Assembly: GCA_003707115.1 (NCBI GenBank)
Contig: PPNB01000001.1
Coordinates: forward strand, 558,001 to 622,000
Source: Tortispora ganteri
Taxonomy: Eukaryota
Direction of reading: 5' to 3'
Length of the DNA stretch: 64,000 nt
Shown here: positions 1 to 10,375 of the stretch, piece after piece
Layout: each line of letters starts with the position of its first letter
How positions within the stretch are numbered: position 1 is the stretch's first letter
Notes under the pieces: generated by a model
The model's database searches: none
What the model was told of the DNA's origin: nothing
The model's input: only the letters and a program-made list of their open reading frames with translations
Made by a program: the position numbers and the translations under genes

Positions 1-85
1 CTTTAAAGTCCAGCACCGACGCCGCGGGATCAACGTCAACGTTGTAAGATTTGCCGCTGTGTTTAACCACTACAGGAACCGACAT
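1..85 (-). CDS. UBP6: Proteasome-associated deubiquitinase Ubp6/USP14, N-terminal ubiquitin-like domain (5' part only; runs off the window start)
   Basis: Manual translation from ATG at 85: MSVPVVVKHSGKSYNVDVDPAASVLDFK, which resembles fungal Ubp6 N-termini. Not in the ORF track. Confidence 0.7.
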   Translation of the reverse strand, partial: MSVPVVVKHSGKSYNVDVDPAASVLDFK

Positions 86-307
86 TTAGTGCAGCTATAA
101 GGGATTCTAGTCTGGTTGTTGGTGTTGTTGATACGTGTGGAGTTTGACAGAAATAGTTGATTGTCGAAAGGTTGCGTTAATAAACCCTAACCCTCATTAT
201 TAATCCACCATACCATGCACCCTTGTTCATTGTAGTCTTTCACCACCGACCGTTCCGTTTGCCATCTGTATAAAGTACCAAAAGGAGGGATTGCGATATT
301 AGTGATT

Positions 308-817
308 ATGAGTCAATCGTTGAGACCTTATTTGCAATGTGTGCGTCAGTCACTTGGCGGCGCTTTGTGTTTAGAGGATTTTGCGTCAGAGATTGTGGAA
401 CGGCACAATGTTCCCGAAGTGGAAGCGCAGACGACGCCCTCTGCGGTTCTGGAACCGATAGTAATTTCCAGGAACGAAAATGAGAAAGTACTAATTGAAC
501 CAAGTATTAATTCTGTGAGGTTGAGTATTGCGATAAAGCAGGCCGACGAGATTGAAGGCATACTAGTGCACATGCTTACGCGGTTTCTGACTGCTCGAGC
601 TGAGGCGTTTAGAATTCTGCGACGGAAGGCAGTAGATGGCTACGACATTTCGTTTCTGATTACAAATGTGCACACGGAACAAATGCTCAGACACAAACTA
701 GTCGATTTCATTGTCCAGTTTATGGAAGATGTCGATAGAGAGATCAGCGAAATGAAACTGTTTCTCAATGCTCGAGCCAGATTTGTCGCAGAAGCTTTCT
801 TAGCGCCATTCGATTAG
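308..817 (+). CDS. ARC19: Arp2/3 complex subunit ARPC4 (p20)
   Basis: MSQSLRPYL...ERHNVPEVE...SINSVR...DISFLITN...LNARAR. First ATG is at 308. Confidence 0.97.
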   Translation: MSQSLRPYLQCVRQSLGGALCLEDFASEIVERHNVPEVEAQTTPSAVLEPIVISRNENEKVLIEPSINSVRLSIAIKQADEIEGILVHMLTRFLTARAEAFRILRRKAVDGYDISFLITNVHTEQMLRHKLVDFIVQFMEDVDREISEMKLFLNARARFVAEAFLAPFD

Positions 818-1007
818 CGGTGCTGATCGAATGAATAGTTAGAGAAAAAACAATATGATCTTACATGGGAAGCAACCAGTAGGTATGGATAGTGTAGCTA
901 CGAATGTGCAACTTTAGAAGCAGGTACCGGTGTTTCGAATAAGAATACAGAAATAAAATAACTTTCCTTTTTTTTTTTAATTAAAAAATGTTCAAAGGCA
1001 GCTTACT

Positions 1008-1526
1008 CTAGAGTTTAGCGAGCACAGCGTCAGCACTAGATACAGAGACATCTGTGCCGGGCTCTTTCTCTATGTAAGCTACCTTTCCTTTCTCGTCTAC
1101 GACGATAGCATATCGGCCAGTTCGCACACCGAGTCCTCTAGCAGTGAGGTCGACAGAGAAGCCAATTGACTTTGAGAATTCTGCATTCGGATCAGAAGCA
1201 AAGATGATGAAGTTGTTAGTGACGCCATTAGCTTTACCCCAAGCCGACAGAACGAAAGGATCGTTGGCAGAGATGAAGATGATATGTTCGACACCCTTGG
1301 CTTGGAACTTCTGGGCCTCCTGTATGTAGGGTGGAAGGTGGTTAGCTGAGCATGTAGGGGTGAATGCGCCAGGGACAGCGACAATGACGAACTTTTTGCC
1401 CTTGAACTCTTCGAGAGGCTTGAGGTTAATGGGGATGCCGCAAGCTTTGATGTCCGCGGTCTCAGGGGTATAAGGGATGTACTTGAAAGTGATATTTGGG
1501 AAACTGTCGTTAACACTTAAAACCAT
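1008..1526 (-). CDS. AHP1: Prx5-type peroxiredoxin (Ahp1/Pmp20) with C-terminal PTS1 (-AKL)
   Basis: VPGAFTPTCS active-site motif, NDPFV, ends VLAKL. Confidence 0.93.
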   Translation of the reverse strand: MVLSVNDSFPNITFKYIPYTPETADIKACGIPINLKPLEEFKGKKFVIVAVPGAFTPTCSANHLPPYIQEAQKFQAKGVEHIIFISANDPFVLSAWGKANGVTNNFIIFASDPNAEFSKSIGFSVDLTARGLGVRTGRYAIVVDEKGKVAYIEKEPGTDVSVSSADAVLAKL

Positions 1527-1618
1527 GGCGACGTAATGATAAATCGAACCAGCGACAGAGTAGACAACTTATATTCGAATATGACGATAATTAACAACTC
1601 AGGTCTCAGTAATGAATG

Positions 1619-1626
1619 TTACGTAA
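1619..1626. promoter_or_regulatory. TTACGTAA palindrome, Yap1/Pap1-type bZIP site upstream of the peroxiredoxin
   Basis: Exact palindrome about 93 bp upstream of the AHP1 ATG. Confidence 0.5.
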
Positions 1627-2531
1627 TTGAGGCGAGGTCTGATGAACCGAAGGCCTAAGAAATGCCTGAAAAGGGAGGTGCGGCTCAGTGGGAAGATTGG
1701 CCTCTGTTTCCTGGAGCGTTCGTCAACACCTTATGGACAGTAACCTAGTCCATTAGCCAAGAGCACACAGTAAATTTGCGAGGGAAGATCGGCAGTGATA
1801 GGTGTGCGGCAAACTGTAGCTTAGCTACGGCATGAGGTTTGCGGCGTGCAAGAGAGTTAGCGGAAAAGTGTGTGGGCAAAATTAATTTACGAGCTTATGC
1901 GATTGGGCCGGCCGATGAACCCAGATTGGGACATATGCTCTGGGAAAGTATGGAATTAGTAGAAGCGATCAATTCGGGGACCGGCAATATTGATAAAGAA
2001 CGGGTTCGGTAGGTTGAGCGACTAAATGAGTTGCGCACAACATAAGAGGCATCGGAATTGATAGATAGCAAAAGTACAAAGATAATAAGGGTATTTAACG
2101 GGGACAGTTAAGGGTTCTCATTAGTGAAGAGATCATATGAGAGATCGATGATGATAAAATTAGTTCATAGTTAGACTGCCGGAGCAAAGATCATCAATTC
2201 AGCGCATTTTTAGGCATGAATATTACTTTTAATACAAGGTCGAGGAAATATTTCGATTGCCATTTTAAGCCTATATGGAATAGAGAGACGAAGAAAGTTT
2301 GTTATAAGCCAATTAAAATAATTCAAGATTATGGTAAAGCTGTAGGAACCCTAATCGATAGACTTTTATTGGCCAAGAATCTCCGCACCTTCCGAATAAG
2401 GGTATCAATATAAAGCTTTCCAAGTTTTACCAGCTTCCTGTAATTTTTCGACTTTCGATTTCACTCGTATATCGCTGAAAACTTCCCTTTCAAATACCAT
2501 TTTTATTGTTTTCGCTTTCTAAAAAATAGCA

Positions 2532-2722
2532 ATGTTGCCAGCTGGTGTTATTCTTGTATTCTGTCTCCTCGGAGCTATCGGTAAGTAAATAATTTCCTTG
2601 CACAATTGCATGCCGAAATGTAAACAATCAGTTGTGCTAACAGTACAGGTATTCTCATTGTTGCTCTCTACCTTAACAAGAGAATCCAAGAGAAGAAGAA
2701 ATTGAGAGCTGCTCAATTCTAA
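2532..2722 (+). CDS. PMP1: Plasma-membrane H+-ATPase proteolipid, 40 aa; join(2532..2580,2649..2722)
   Basis: Intron 2581..2648 (GTAAGT...TGCTAAC...TACAG). Spliced product MLPAGVILVFCLLGAIGILIVALYLNKRIQEKKKLRAAQF matches the Pmp1/Pmp2 pattern LP(G/A)GVILVF plus a basic tail. Confidence 0.9.
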
Positions 2723-2981
2723 ACTCATTTCGACTTATGTTCTTTTCCGCTTACTGGTTCATCCTTCTATTTTCTTTTCTACTCGTGGCAACATCGTTCA
2801 CGCTATGCTGTGATGATAATATCTTCGGAACTTATAGATACCTTATATAAACAAACTGCTACAGTAAAATATATTACCAGTAACTCTTTTAGAGTGATTA
2901 AAATGCACTCAACAGCCGTAATAGCATATTTAGTGCACTATATGCTGCGCACTCACCTTCGCAACCTGTCCAGATCCAATT

Positions 2982-3764
2982 TCACCAGGGAATCCGTAGT
3001 GTTGAACCTTCCTTTTTCGATGTCCACTGACTTAGGTAACGAGACATTTTCTCTCTTTCTGCAGCCTTTCTTTTGATCGCTTCAGCATTAGCTAATGATT
3101 TACCTGTTTCGTAGCCCTCATCAGGTGTGGCAGTACCCGTACTGCCACCACTCCGTTTCGGCGCCTGCTTTCTCAATAGTTTGTTAATAGTTTCATTCTT
3201 TTCTTCAAGCAGTCGTCTTTCAGCCAAATTTTTCCTTCGGCGCGATTGTTCGGCGCGTCGCAGCGTCTGCTCTTCAGCGGTCAGCACTCGCTTCTTCGAC
3301 TTTCGTTCGAACTCACTCAATTCCTGCAGTGGAGTGGAGAAACTGCTGTCTTTTATTGCTCGTTGCCGCTCAGTCATGCGTCCCTCCTGTGTATCAAATT
3401 CGTCGTCGTATTCATCATAGTCCTCTTCCTCGTCTATTTGTTCGCCTTCCTCGTCGTCTTCCGCCGCTAGCTCTTCATCTGACGATTCAACATCACTCTC
3501 TATAATCTGTTTCCGGGGCCGCTTGTTGTTCGACACTTTGAGCTTTATTGTAGGAACTTTTCGTTTAGGGGAATCTTCTGATGAGATTTCGTTATATTCA
3601 TCTGCGTCGTCTTCTGTTGGCTCTGGTTCGTGCTCCGATCCAACGTCATCCTCATCTTCCTCTTCGAACTCTTCCTCTACTTCGTCCTCTTCGTTCTCAT
3701 CGAGATCCAAATCATCTTCAAATTGATCGCTCTCTAAACTGGAGATATCACTTTCGCTGCTCAT
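2982..3764 (-). CDS. IES2: INO80 complex subunit Ies2 (PAPA-1 domain)
   Basis: Acidic N-terminus, then LTAEEQTLRRAEQSRRRKNLAERRLLEEKNETINKLLRKQA. First ATG is at 3764. Confidence 0.85.
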   Translation of the reverse strand: MSSESDISSLESDQFEDDLDLDENEEDEVEEEFEEEDEDDVGSEHEPEPTEDDADEYNEISSEDSPKRKVPTIKLKVSNNKRPRKQIIESDVESSDEELAAEDDEEGEQIDEEEDYDEYDDEFDTQEGRMTERQRAIKDSSFSTPLQELSEFERKSKKRVLTAEEQTLRRAEQSRRRKNLAERRLLEEKNETINKLLRKQAPKRSGGSTGTATPDEGYETGKSLANAEAIKRKAAEREKMSRYLSQWTSKKEGSTLRIPW

Positions 3765-3884
3765 AGGTATCACTAGTCTAGTTGGCAGACTCCTTGAGGT
3801 GGTCGTTACTACGCAGACACCTTCACTTTGCACTGTCGCCCCCTCCCCTACCTCGGGATCTGACGGTTTACCCCCCTACCACCA

Positions 3885-4562
3885 ATGAACAATCCGCCGA
3901 TCGCATTCCCCGAGCCAACGAATGTCCGCCCGAGACGGCAAAAATTTTCTCTGCAATCTATCATGCGTTTGTTCCAGATAGCTTCGACTATTTTGACTAT
4001 CATCTACGCTGCGGGTACGCTGTTTGCCCTGCCGTTGCATGCGCAGCTGTCCGAGATCAGATCAGACGTATTTAGACAAACATACAAATGGGTGACTTCT
4101 CTGAATGACACCATCTACAAGTTGAGTCTGACAACACGCCATAGAAACATCGAGCAGGTCATTGAGTCTCAACTGGCGGTTGCGCGCGCGCCTTTCAGCC
4201 ACGGCAAGAGCGTAGATGCATGGACTCAGACTGGCACCACCAAAAAGGTCTCCTTTGTTGATGAAACTATCACAGACAACACTCCCCTGCTCCTACAACG
4301 GCTGCTAAGCGCTACAAAACAACTAGAGGAAATAATAAATACACCTTCATCACAGCCCGCACTGGCATTTTCGTTGCAAGAGTTCTCCACCTACGTCGAA
4401 AGCGTGCGGTACTCACAGACCTGGAGAGCACTGCCTGGAGGCAAGATAACGCCCGGCCCCAACACAGACGATGACGGAGTTTCAAATGTCAGGGCAGAAA
4501 TCCGAAATATCAAAGGAATATTGCTCTCGGCGAGCAATTTTCCAGGCATTAAGAACCGCTAG
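3885..4562 (+). CDS. PEX17: Peroxin Pex17-like (similar to the Pex14/17/Pex33 C-terminal region)
   Basis: N-terminal TM segment; C-terminal VRAEIRNIKGILLSASNFP motif. Confidence 0.65.
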   Translation: MNNPPIAFPEPTNVRPRRQKFSLQSIMRLFQIASTILTIIYAAGTLFALPLHAQLSEIRSDVFRQTYKWVTSLNDTIYKLSLTTRHRNIEQVIESQLAVARAPFSHGKSVDAWTQTGTTKKVSFVDETITDNTPLLLQRLLSATKQLEEIINTPSSQPALAFSLQEFSTYVESVRYSQTWRALPGGKITPGPNTDDDGVSNVRAEIRNIKGILLSASNFPGIKNR

Positions 4563-5484
4563 CCAACGATTCATATGCTGGTGAGGCATTCTCGTACTCT
4601 TTTAGGAAGAAACTCGACTGGTTTTGTGTGAGAAACGCTAACACATCATGTAGATGCTCCGAAAGAACAGAAACGCTTTGTGCGTCCATATTAGTCTGTG
4701 CTATGAGTTCAGGTAACGAAACAAACAACCTCAGTAAATGTTCCGCTCCGTAGACATCGCTCGCAATAAGCTCTGCGTGCTTCTTTCGTATTTCCAGATA
4801 TTGCTGTCGTTCGAACTTATAAAGCAGCATGTTTCCTAGAGCGCGATCGAAGTACAGCGCAAGACCAGATACAACTTCTTCGAGTATCTCCATTTTCGAG
4901 CTGCCTTCACCGAGCTTCGACCCGCGACTCTTCTTGTACTGGCCCAGTATCTCAGAAACCGTGGGCTTGCGCGGCAGTGAGACTAGCTGGTGATTTTTCG
5001 TGACGTTTTCCCAGTCGTCGACCAAATATCGTTTCAGTGGATCCGGTATGATTAGCGATACCTCAATCTTAGAAGTTCTGTCTATTTCATCGCTGATCGG
5101 CTCAGTTCCTCTGCGCGCTTTACGCGTTGTACTGCCGTTCGTCTCCTCCTCTGGCTTGCGTTTCTTCGACTCCAGCGCCGCTTTGCTGGCATTCTGAGCC
5201 GCCAATGCCGCCTGTCGCAGCTCTTTCTGCAGCCGTAACGATTCCTCTGACCATTCAACTACGCGAGTTTCAAGTACCCACTCGTCCCAAGAGCTCTTCC
5301 AGCCCTTGTAGTGCACAAAGTACTGCAGCTTATCAATCTCTTCCTCCATGATATCCTCGTTCCCCTGCTTTTTTGCCAACTCCATCGTGCTCTCAACCGC
5401 AGGATCATGCACTCTCAAAATTTTAGCCTCATATAATAGCGGTCCATGATACGCCAGACAGCGCGCACCGACGTTCATGGTCAT
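4549..5484 (-). CDS. EAF3: Chromodomain/MRG protein Eaf3 (NuA4/Rpd3S)
   Basis: CLAYHGPLLYEAKI, YFVHYKGWKSSWDEWV, LVDDWE, YGAEHLLRLFV. Likely start is 5484 rather than 5568. Confidence 0.95.
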   Translation of the reverse strand: MTMNVGARCLAYHGPLLYEAKILRVHDPAVESTMELAKKQGNEDIMEEEIDKLQYFVHYKGWKSSWDEWVLETRVVEWSEESLRLQKELRQAALAAQNASKAALESKKRKPEEETNGSTTRKARRGTEPISDEIDRTSKIEVSLIIPDPLKRYLVDDWENVTKNHQLVSLPRKPTVSEILGQYKKSRGSKLGEGSSKMEILEEVVSGLALYFDRALGNMLLYKFERQQYLEIRKKHAELIASDVYGAEHLLRLFVSLPELIAQTNMDAQSVSVLSEHLHDVLAFLTQNQSSFFLKEYENASPAYESLASGS

Positions 5485-5584
5485 TTCGTGAGTGGTGTTG
5501 GCTAAGTTTTCATTCTTCCTTAGTAACCTTACCCGTTTGTTATTCCTCCTTTTGTTGACTTCTACCATCTACATTCATCAGCAA

Positions 5585-6052
5585 ATGGACCAGTATCTGC
5601 TATCAGACTTTATTCTCAGCGCTATACCATTCCCGGATATTGTCTCCGAAGACATGTTCTATGATATCCTTCCGAAATCCTACAAGTCAAAGTTCCCGTC
5701 GCTATACAGCGACCTCTGCGATCTGTTCCAGGATCGCGTAGATCAAATATCGTCAAATATAGCTACACAGTCGCTTCTCGATAACGCAACAACAGACAGG
5801 TTGCCTGTTGAACTAGACCATCTCGACGAAGCACTGCATCAGGCAAATATAGAACAAAACCGTCTCTCCACGACAATAGAATCACAGCTCGAGACTATGC
5901 AGTCTTTCGCTAGCTATCTCTCCAAGCTCGACATCGGCGATGACCCAAATATCCAAGAGGCAATTGAGCTACTGAACAGCCTACAATCAAAACCCTCGTA
6001 CACTGTGCCGGTATCAAAACCGCCAGTAAAAAAACTCAAATACAAACCTTGA
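5585..6052 (+). CDS. NKP2: Probable kinetochore protein of the Cnl2/Nkp2 family
   Basis: N-terminus (LLSDFIL...PDIVSEDMFYDILP...LYSDL...RVDQISSNI) resembles Cnl2/Nkp2, followed by a coiled coil. First ATG is at 5585. Confidence 0.55.
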   Translation: MDQYLLSDFILSAIPFPDIVSEDMFYDILPKSYKSKFPSLYSDLCDLFQDRVDQISSNIATQSLLDNATTDRLPVELDHLDEALHQANIEQNRLSTTIESQLETMQSFASYLSKLDIGDDPNIQEAIELLNSLQSKPSYTVPVSKPPVKKLKYKP

Positions 6053-6065
6053 ACATACTTTCTTC

Positions 6066-6599
6066 TCACATATCAGCTTTACCGAAACTGGCACTACTGA
6101 ATGCACTAGCTTTCTTTTGGTTCTCTTTCGTCGTCTCGCGCTCGTCTGATCGGCTATAGAACGAACCTAACTGCTCTCCCTTTTTATAGGCGATACTTAA
6201 CTCATGAAATTTGCGACTTTCTTGCCATTTCTTCGTCATTCGCTCTTTGTCTTCATCAGTTGGTTCCCATTTAGATCGCAAAATTCGCCGCACTGACTCC
6301 GGTGACACTTTCATTCGTGCAGCAATATCGCCCGATTTGATCTCAGGATACATGTGCTTCAAGCTGCGTATCATATCAATCATATCTGGAGACAAGCGCT
6401 TTAGTGGCCGCCATCGATCACCGTCAAATTTCTCTTTCAATGCATATTTTTGTCTTTTCCATTCTGGCAAACTCTTGTCCGCTCGCCATCCAACTGGCAC
6501 ACCAAATCGCTTTTTCGGACCTTTGATCTCCGGAAGGTCCCAGATCTTCTTTCCTTCCACAACTTTACTAACACTAAAACTACGTCCCCATATATGCAT
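6066..6599 (-). CDS. RRG9: Neugrin-family mitochondrial protein Rrg9
   Basis: LPEWKRQKYALKEKF...WRPLKRLSP...VSPESVRRILRSKWEP. Confidence 0.9.
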   Translation of the reverse strand: MHIWGRSFSVSKVVEGKKIWDLPEIKGPKKRFGVPVGWRADKSLPEWKRQKYALKEKFDGDRWRPLKRLSPDMIDMIRSLKHMYPEIKSGDIAARMKVSPESVRRILRSKWEPTDEDKERMTKKWQESRKFHELSIAYKKGEQLGSFYSRSDERETTKENQKKASAFSSASFGKADM

Positions 6600-6709
6600 T
6601 TACTCTTCCTGGTTTAAAATCCGTTGCGATCTGATCTAAAAGCAATCAGGTCTCCTCTAGCTCCTGGGACATAGTAAAAATCATTCTCACTACCATAAGC
6701 ACTTAATAC

Positions 6710-6718
6710 GTCACGTGA
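6710..6718. promoter_or_regulatory. GTCACGTGA Cbf1-type E-box in the RRG9/VID27 divergent promoter
   Basis: Exact RTCACRTG match. Confidence 0.45.
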
Positions 6719-6862
6719 TATACTTAATAACTTTAACTCATCCTTTGTTTTTATTATTTTTTATACTTTTATGACACCGCCACAACCAATCTTTGACTTC
6801 TTCTTTCTCCAACTGCAACTGGCAATTCTGTCTTATCCGTTCCAACAGCCAATGCAATTGCA

Positions 6863-9223
6863 ATGAACCTACTCAAGAATATATTTAAATCAACACCTCA
6901 AGTGGATCTAGCCTCTGTACCTTCTGGCGAATTTGTCCTAGTACGTCCTCCCAACTCACCTTCCGGTGAAAGGGAATCAATATTCAGTGATGCAACCGCC
7001 ACAATTCGTCCTACCTCAACTCCGTTCAATTATCAGCTAGTCATAGAGAGAACCTCTTCTACTGAGAAGCAAGATACTCAAACTGATTCAGATGACGACT
7101 CGGTACAACTGGACGACGACTACGTCTTCCTTATTGATCCTGAAATTAGACTGACGTTGAATTACAGAACTAACCCGGAAACGCACGCCTCTGAAGCGGT
7201 GATCTCATGGAGAGATCCCTCAACTGATTTCTCCGACCAGTTCGAATTTATAGTTAATGTCAACCGCTTGCCTCCAGGAACCATATCTGATTTCGAACAT
7301 TCGGCAATGGTCTGCCAATATGAACGCACTTATCAGCGAACTGGCAAGGACGTACCGAACTCAATGCTTGATGAGTTCCGATTACCTTCTCGTGAAGTTG
7401 TTGTTATTGATGCGGAAGAATCTATAAGCAACAGTGAGCAAAAATCCTCCGATATAGGGCGATCAACTGCTGTATCTGATCCCTCTGCTCCTTCTACACC
7501 CACCAAACCCGCTCAATCTCCTGCATTGTTACATGACCGTACAATTGTTCTTCCAATCCCTCTAAAGAAAGCTGGTGATGAAATTTCTGTCTCTGTAGCT
7601 CAACTACACCTATACGATCCAGAATCAGGTGAATTCGCATTGCAAGCTCCTAAAGCGTATGTAAAGATTCTCGACCTTGGAAATTATGTCTATTGGTTTG
7701 AAGTCTGGTCGGCCGATAAGCAATGGATAGGTATTCAACTCTCTACAGAAATGAGCCCTTGCTTTAATTTCGAGCATTTATCGTTTATTTTTAACATGTT
7801 CACTGATACTGACGCATTCTCATGGCTCTTACGCTTCCCGACAGGTGATGGCCTGACTGACTTTCAAGAACATCTTATGACTGCACTTTGGGAGACTATC
7901 AATAAGACAAAGATGGTAGTTGAAAAAAGTAAGTCGGATATGGATTATTTTGTTGACGCTTTTGATGAAATGATAATTGATGACACTGGACCCGCTGAAG
8001 AAGAACAACTAGATGAATCGGATGAAGAAGACGAGCCAGAGCAACACAAAGAAACCTATGATCCAGACGAAGACTTTGATGACGTTTCGAATGACTTTAA
8101 AGGTGAAGGTAAAAACTCACTCTTAGCTGTGGGTACCAGCGTTAATCGATCTTTTGTTGTTCGTGGAGATAAGATAGGCGTATTTAAACATGGACGCCGT
8201 AGCAAGCTGGAATTTGCTACTACAATAGACAAAATTTCTACACCGAAAGGGAAGTCATTTTCGCCGTCTAAAGTGATGCTTCATACTCGTGACCGTAATA
8301 TCGTTTTGCAGAATCCTACAGATCCTGGGAAGCTCTATTCGATGGACCTTGAAGTCGGCAAAGTTGTGGACGAATGGGACGTAGATCCTAACGGGGACAA
8401 GAAAGGCCTTACAGCGTTCAATCCAGTCTCAAAGTTTGCTACCGCCGAAGGTGAAAGTACTTTATTAGGTACCACAGCAAAGTCATTATTCCGAATTGAT
8501 CCCCGTCTAGCAGGTGTAAAGATGGTGCAGGAAAATGCGAAAAAATATGCAACAAACAATAAATTCAGTGCAATGTCCACTACTGAAAATGGGTTTATTG
8601 CTGTTGCATCCGAGAAAGGTGATATTCGTCTATACGATCGATTGGGTGTCAACGCTAAGACCGCACTCCCTGCATTAGGTGAACCTATTACTGGATTAGA
8701 TACATCGGCAGATGGTAGGTGGCTCCTTGCAACTTGCAGGACTTATCTTTTGCTAGTTGATACCAAGATAACTGATGGCCCTAATGAAGGTAAACTTGGC
8801 TTTGAGAAATCGTTCAGTAAAGATAAGAAACCCCGTCCGATTAGGTTACAGCTTAGCCCAGAACATGTTGCACAGATGCTATTTGAAACGAAGCTTCCGC
8901 TAAATTTAACAACAGCCAGATTCAATGCTGGATTTGGTGCAAAAGAAACAAATATTGTGTCTAGTTCCGGAAAATTTGTTATAACGTGGTCATTATCTAA
9001 AATCTTAAGAGGGTTCAAGAATTCTTATACAATCAAGCGGTATGAAGACACTGTCACTGCAGACAACTTTCAGTTTGGGTCGGACAAGAACGTTATCGTG
9101 GCGATGACGAATGATGTGGACATGGTTAATCGTAAAGCATTTGCTGCACCCAGTAGAGAGTCGATTGCTACTCCGGTGAAGTATTTCCGAGACAGGAACA
9201 ATATCGTCAACTCCCCTTTTTGA
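6863..9223 (+). CDS. VID27: Vacuolar import and degradation protein Vid27
   Basis: PH-like N-terminal domains; RSFVVRGDKIGVF, GDIRLYDRLG, AKTALPALG, ends IVNSPF. Confidence 0.93.
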   Translation: MNLLKNIFKSTPQVDLASVPSGEFVLVRPPNSPSGERESIFSDATATIRPTSTPFNYQLVIERTSSTEKQDTQTDSDDDSVQLDDDYVFLIDPEIRLTLNYRTNPETHASEAVISWRDPSTDFSDQFEFIVNVNRLPPGTISDFEHSAMVCQYERTYQRTGKDVPNSMLDEFRLPSREVVVIDAEESISNSEQKSSDIGRSTAVSDPSAPSTPTKPAQSPALLHDRTIVLPIPLKKAGDEISVSVAQLHLYDPESGEFALQAPKAYVKILDLGNYVYWFEVWSADKQWIGIQLSTEMSPCFNFEHLSFIFNMFTDTDAFSWLLRFPTGDGLTDFQEHLMTALWETINKTKMVVEKSKSDMDYFVDAFDEMIIDDTGPAEEEQLDESDEEDEPEQHKETYDPDEDFDDVSNDFKGEGKNSLLAVGTSVNRSFVVRGDKIGVFKHGRRSKLEFATTIDKISTPKGKSFSPSKVMLHTRDRNIVLQNPTDPGKLYSMDLEVGKVVDEWDVDPNGDKKGLTAFNPVSKFATAEGESTLLGTTAKSLFRIDPRLAGVKMVQENAKKYATNNKFSAMSTTENGFIAVASEKGDIRLYDRLGVNAKTALPALGEPITGLDTSADGRWLLATCRTYLLLVDTKITDGPNEGKLGFEKSFSKDKKPRPIRLQLSPEHVAQMLFETKLPLNLTTARFNAGFGAKETNIVSSSGKFVITWSLSKILRGFKNSYTIKRYEDTVTADNFQFGSDKNVIVAMTNDVDMVNRKAFAAPSRESIATPVKYFRDRNNIVNSPF

Positions 9224-9356
9224 TTACTCATCAGTGAATTTTACACGGCATGCAGATTTATAAGCATGAGTAATAAAACCACTAATGGATTATGTGAATA
9301 TCCGCATGGCGTCTTAACTGTTTTAGTGAGCATAAGTTTGTCAACATTTGTCAAAA

Positions 9357-9364
9357 TTACGTAA
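9357..9364. promoter_or_regulatory. TTACGTAA Yap1/Pap1-type site upstream of the NmrA-like oxidoreductase
   Basis: Exact palindrome upstream of a TATA-like element near 9420; TTACTCA also at 9224-9230. Confidence 0.45.
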
Positions 9365-9505
9365 TCCCAAAACGGAATAAAGTCAATGTGCGGCTCAAAT
9401 CTTGCCCCTACGATAAACATATATAAGAAACCTGGAGAAACCTGGATATCCCTGTCAATTCACAGGAAAAAAACAATTAAACAAAAAGAACCATTTATCG
9501 ATACA

Positions 9506-10375
9506 ATGTCTTACAAGATTGCAGTTGCCGGATCTAAAGGATTTCTTGGAAAACCAATTATAGCTGCGGCTACAGGATTATTTGCCGACCGAGTTAATAG
9601 CGTAGTTGTCCTTACAAGAGACGAATCAAAGACAGAAGGCAATGTTCATTACGCGCAAGTTGACTATTCCAAGCCTGATTCAATTGTATCCGCCTTGAAA
9701 GGGGTGGATGCCCTTATCAATACTATTGGAGTCGGGCAGGAGAATTCAGTACATAAAACTATAACCGATGCTGCCGTTGAAGCGAACGTAAAGGTATACG
9801 TGCCGTCTGAGTTTGGAACAGATTATTTGAGAGCAGACTTTACTTACCACCATCTGTTTACCGAGAAGAAAATTTTATTCGAGTATGCTCAATCCAGAAT
9901 CAGGACTGTGGGAATTGTGTCCGCAATGTTTGCTGAATTTCTCGCACCTGTTCCCAAAATGCTGGGAATCAACGACGAGACCATGACAGCGCAGATTTAC
10001 GGTAAAGACTATCAACTCTCAGTAAGTGCGTTAACTGATATTGGTAAGGCGACTGTTTCAGCTGTTATTTTGGCGTTGGACGGCAAGGATGTACCCAGTT
10101 ACGTGAAAATTGCATCGTCTACTTTCACTATTGGCGATTTCCTATCACGCTACGAATCTGTTACTGGGAAGAAATTTGATATCAAACTTCTGGATGCTAA
10201 GAAGGACCGCGAGTCACTCGAACCAACAATGGACTTTATGGAGTACCTCAGGATTATTATGAGTACTGGTGCTTCTTTGAATGTTCCAAACCACAATGAA
10301 TTAGTCAATCCTGGGGAATCATTGTGGAAATGGACAGATTATTTCGAGGAACTCTGTATTCCTAAATGGCATTAA
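9506..10375 (+). CDS. NmrA/isoflavone-reductase-like NAD(P)-binding oxidoreductase
   Basis: IAVAGSKGFLG Rossmann motif, ALKGVDALIN, YVPSEFG. ATG at 9506 has a good context (ACAATG). Confidence 0.85.
   Translation: MSYKIAVAGSKGFLGKPIIAAATGLFADRVNSVVVLTRDESKTEGNVHYAQVDYSKPDSIVSALKGVDALINTIGVGQENSVHKTITDAAVEANVKVYVPSEFGTDYLRADFTYHHLFTEKKILFEYAQSRIRTVGIVSAMFAEFLAPVPKMLGINDETMTAQIYGKDYQLSVSALTDIGKATVSAVILALDGKDVPSYVKIASSTFTIGDFLSRYESVTGKKFDIKLLDAKKDRESLEPTMDFMEYLRIIMSTGASLNVPNHNELVNPGESLWKWTDYFEELCIPKWH

Noticed and set aside
258..266. PACE/Rpn4-like GATGGCAAA upstream of UBP6
   Set aside because: One mismatch to GGTGGCAAA, and no matching site upstream of PRE7.
2519..2728. 69-aa minus-strand ORF in the track
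   Set aside because: Antisense shadow of the spliced PMP1 gene.
6710..6850. CDEI-like GTCACGTG followed by an AT-rich tract (point centromere?)
   Set aside because: No CDEIII consensus at the expected distance, the AT-rich tract is short, and it sits in a 260-bp divergent promoter. More simply a Cbf1-type site.
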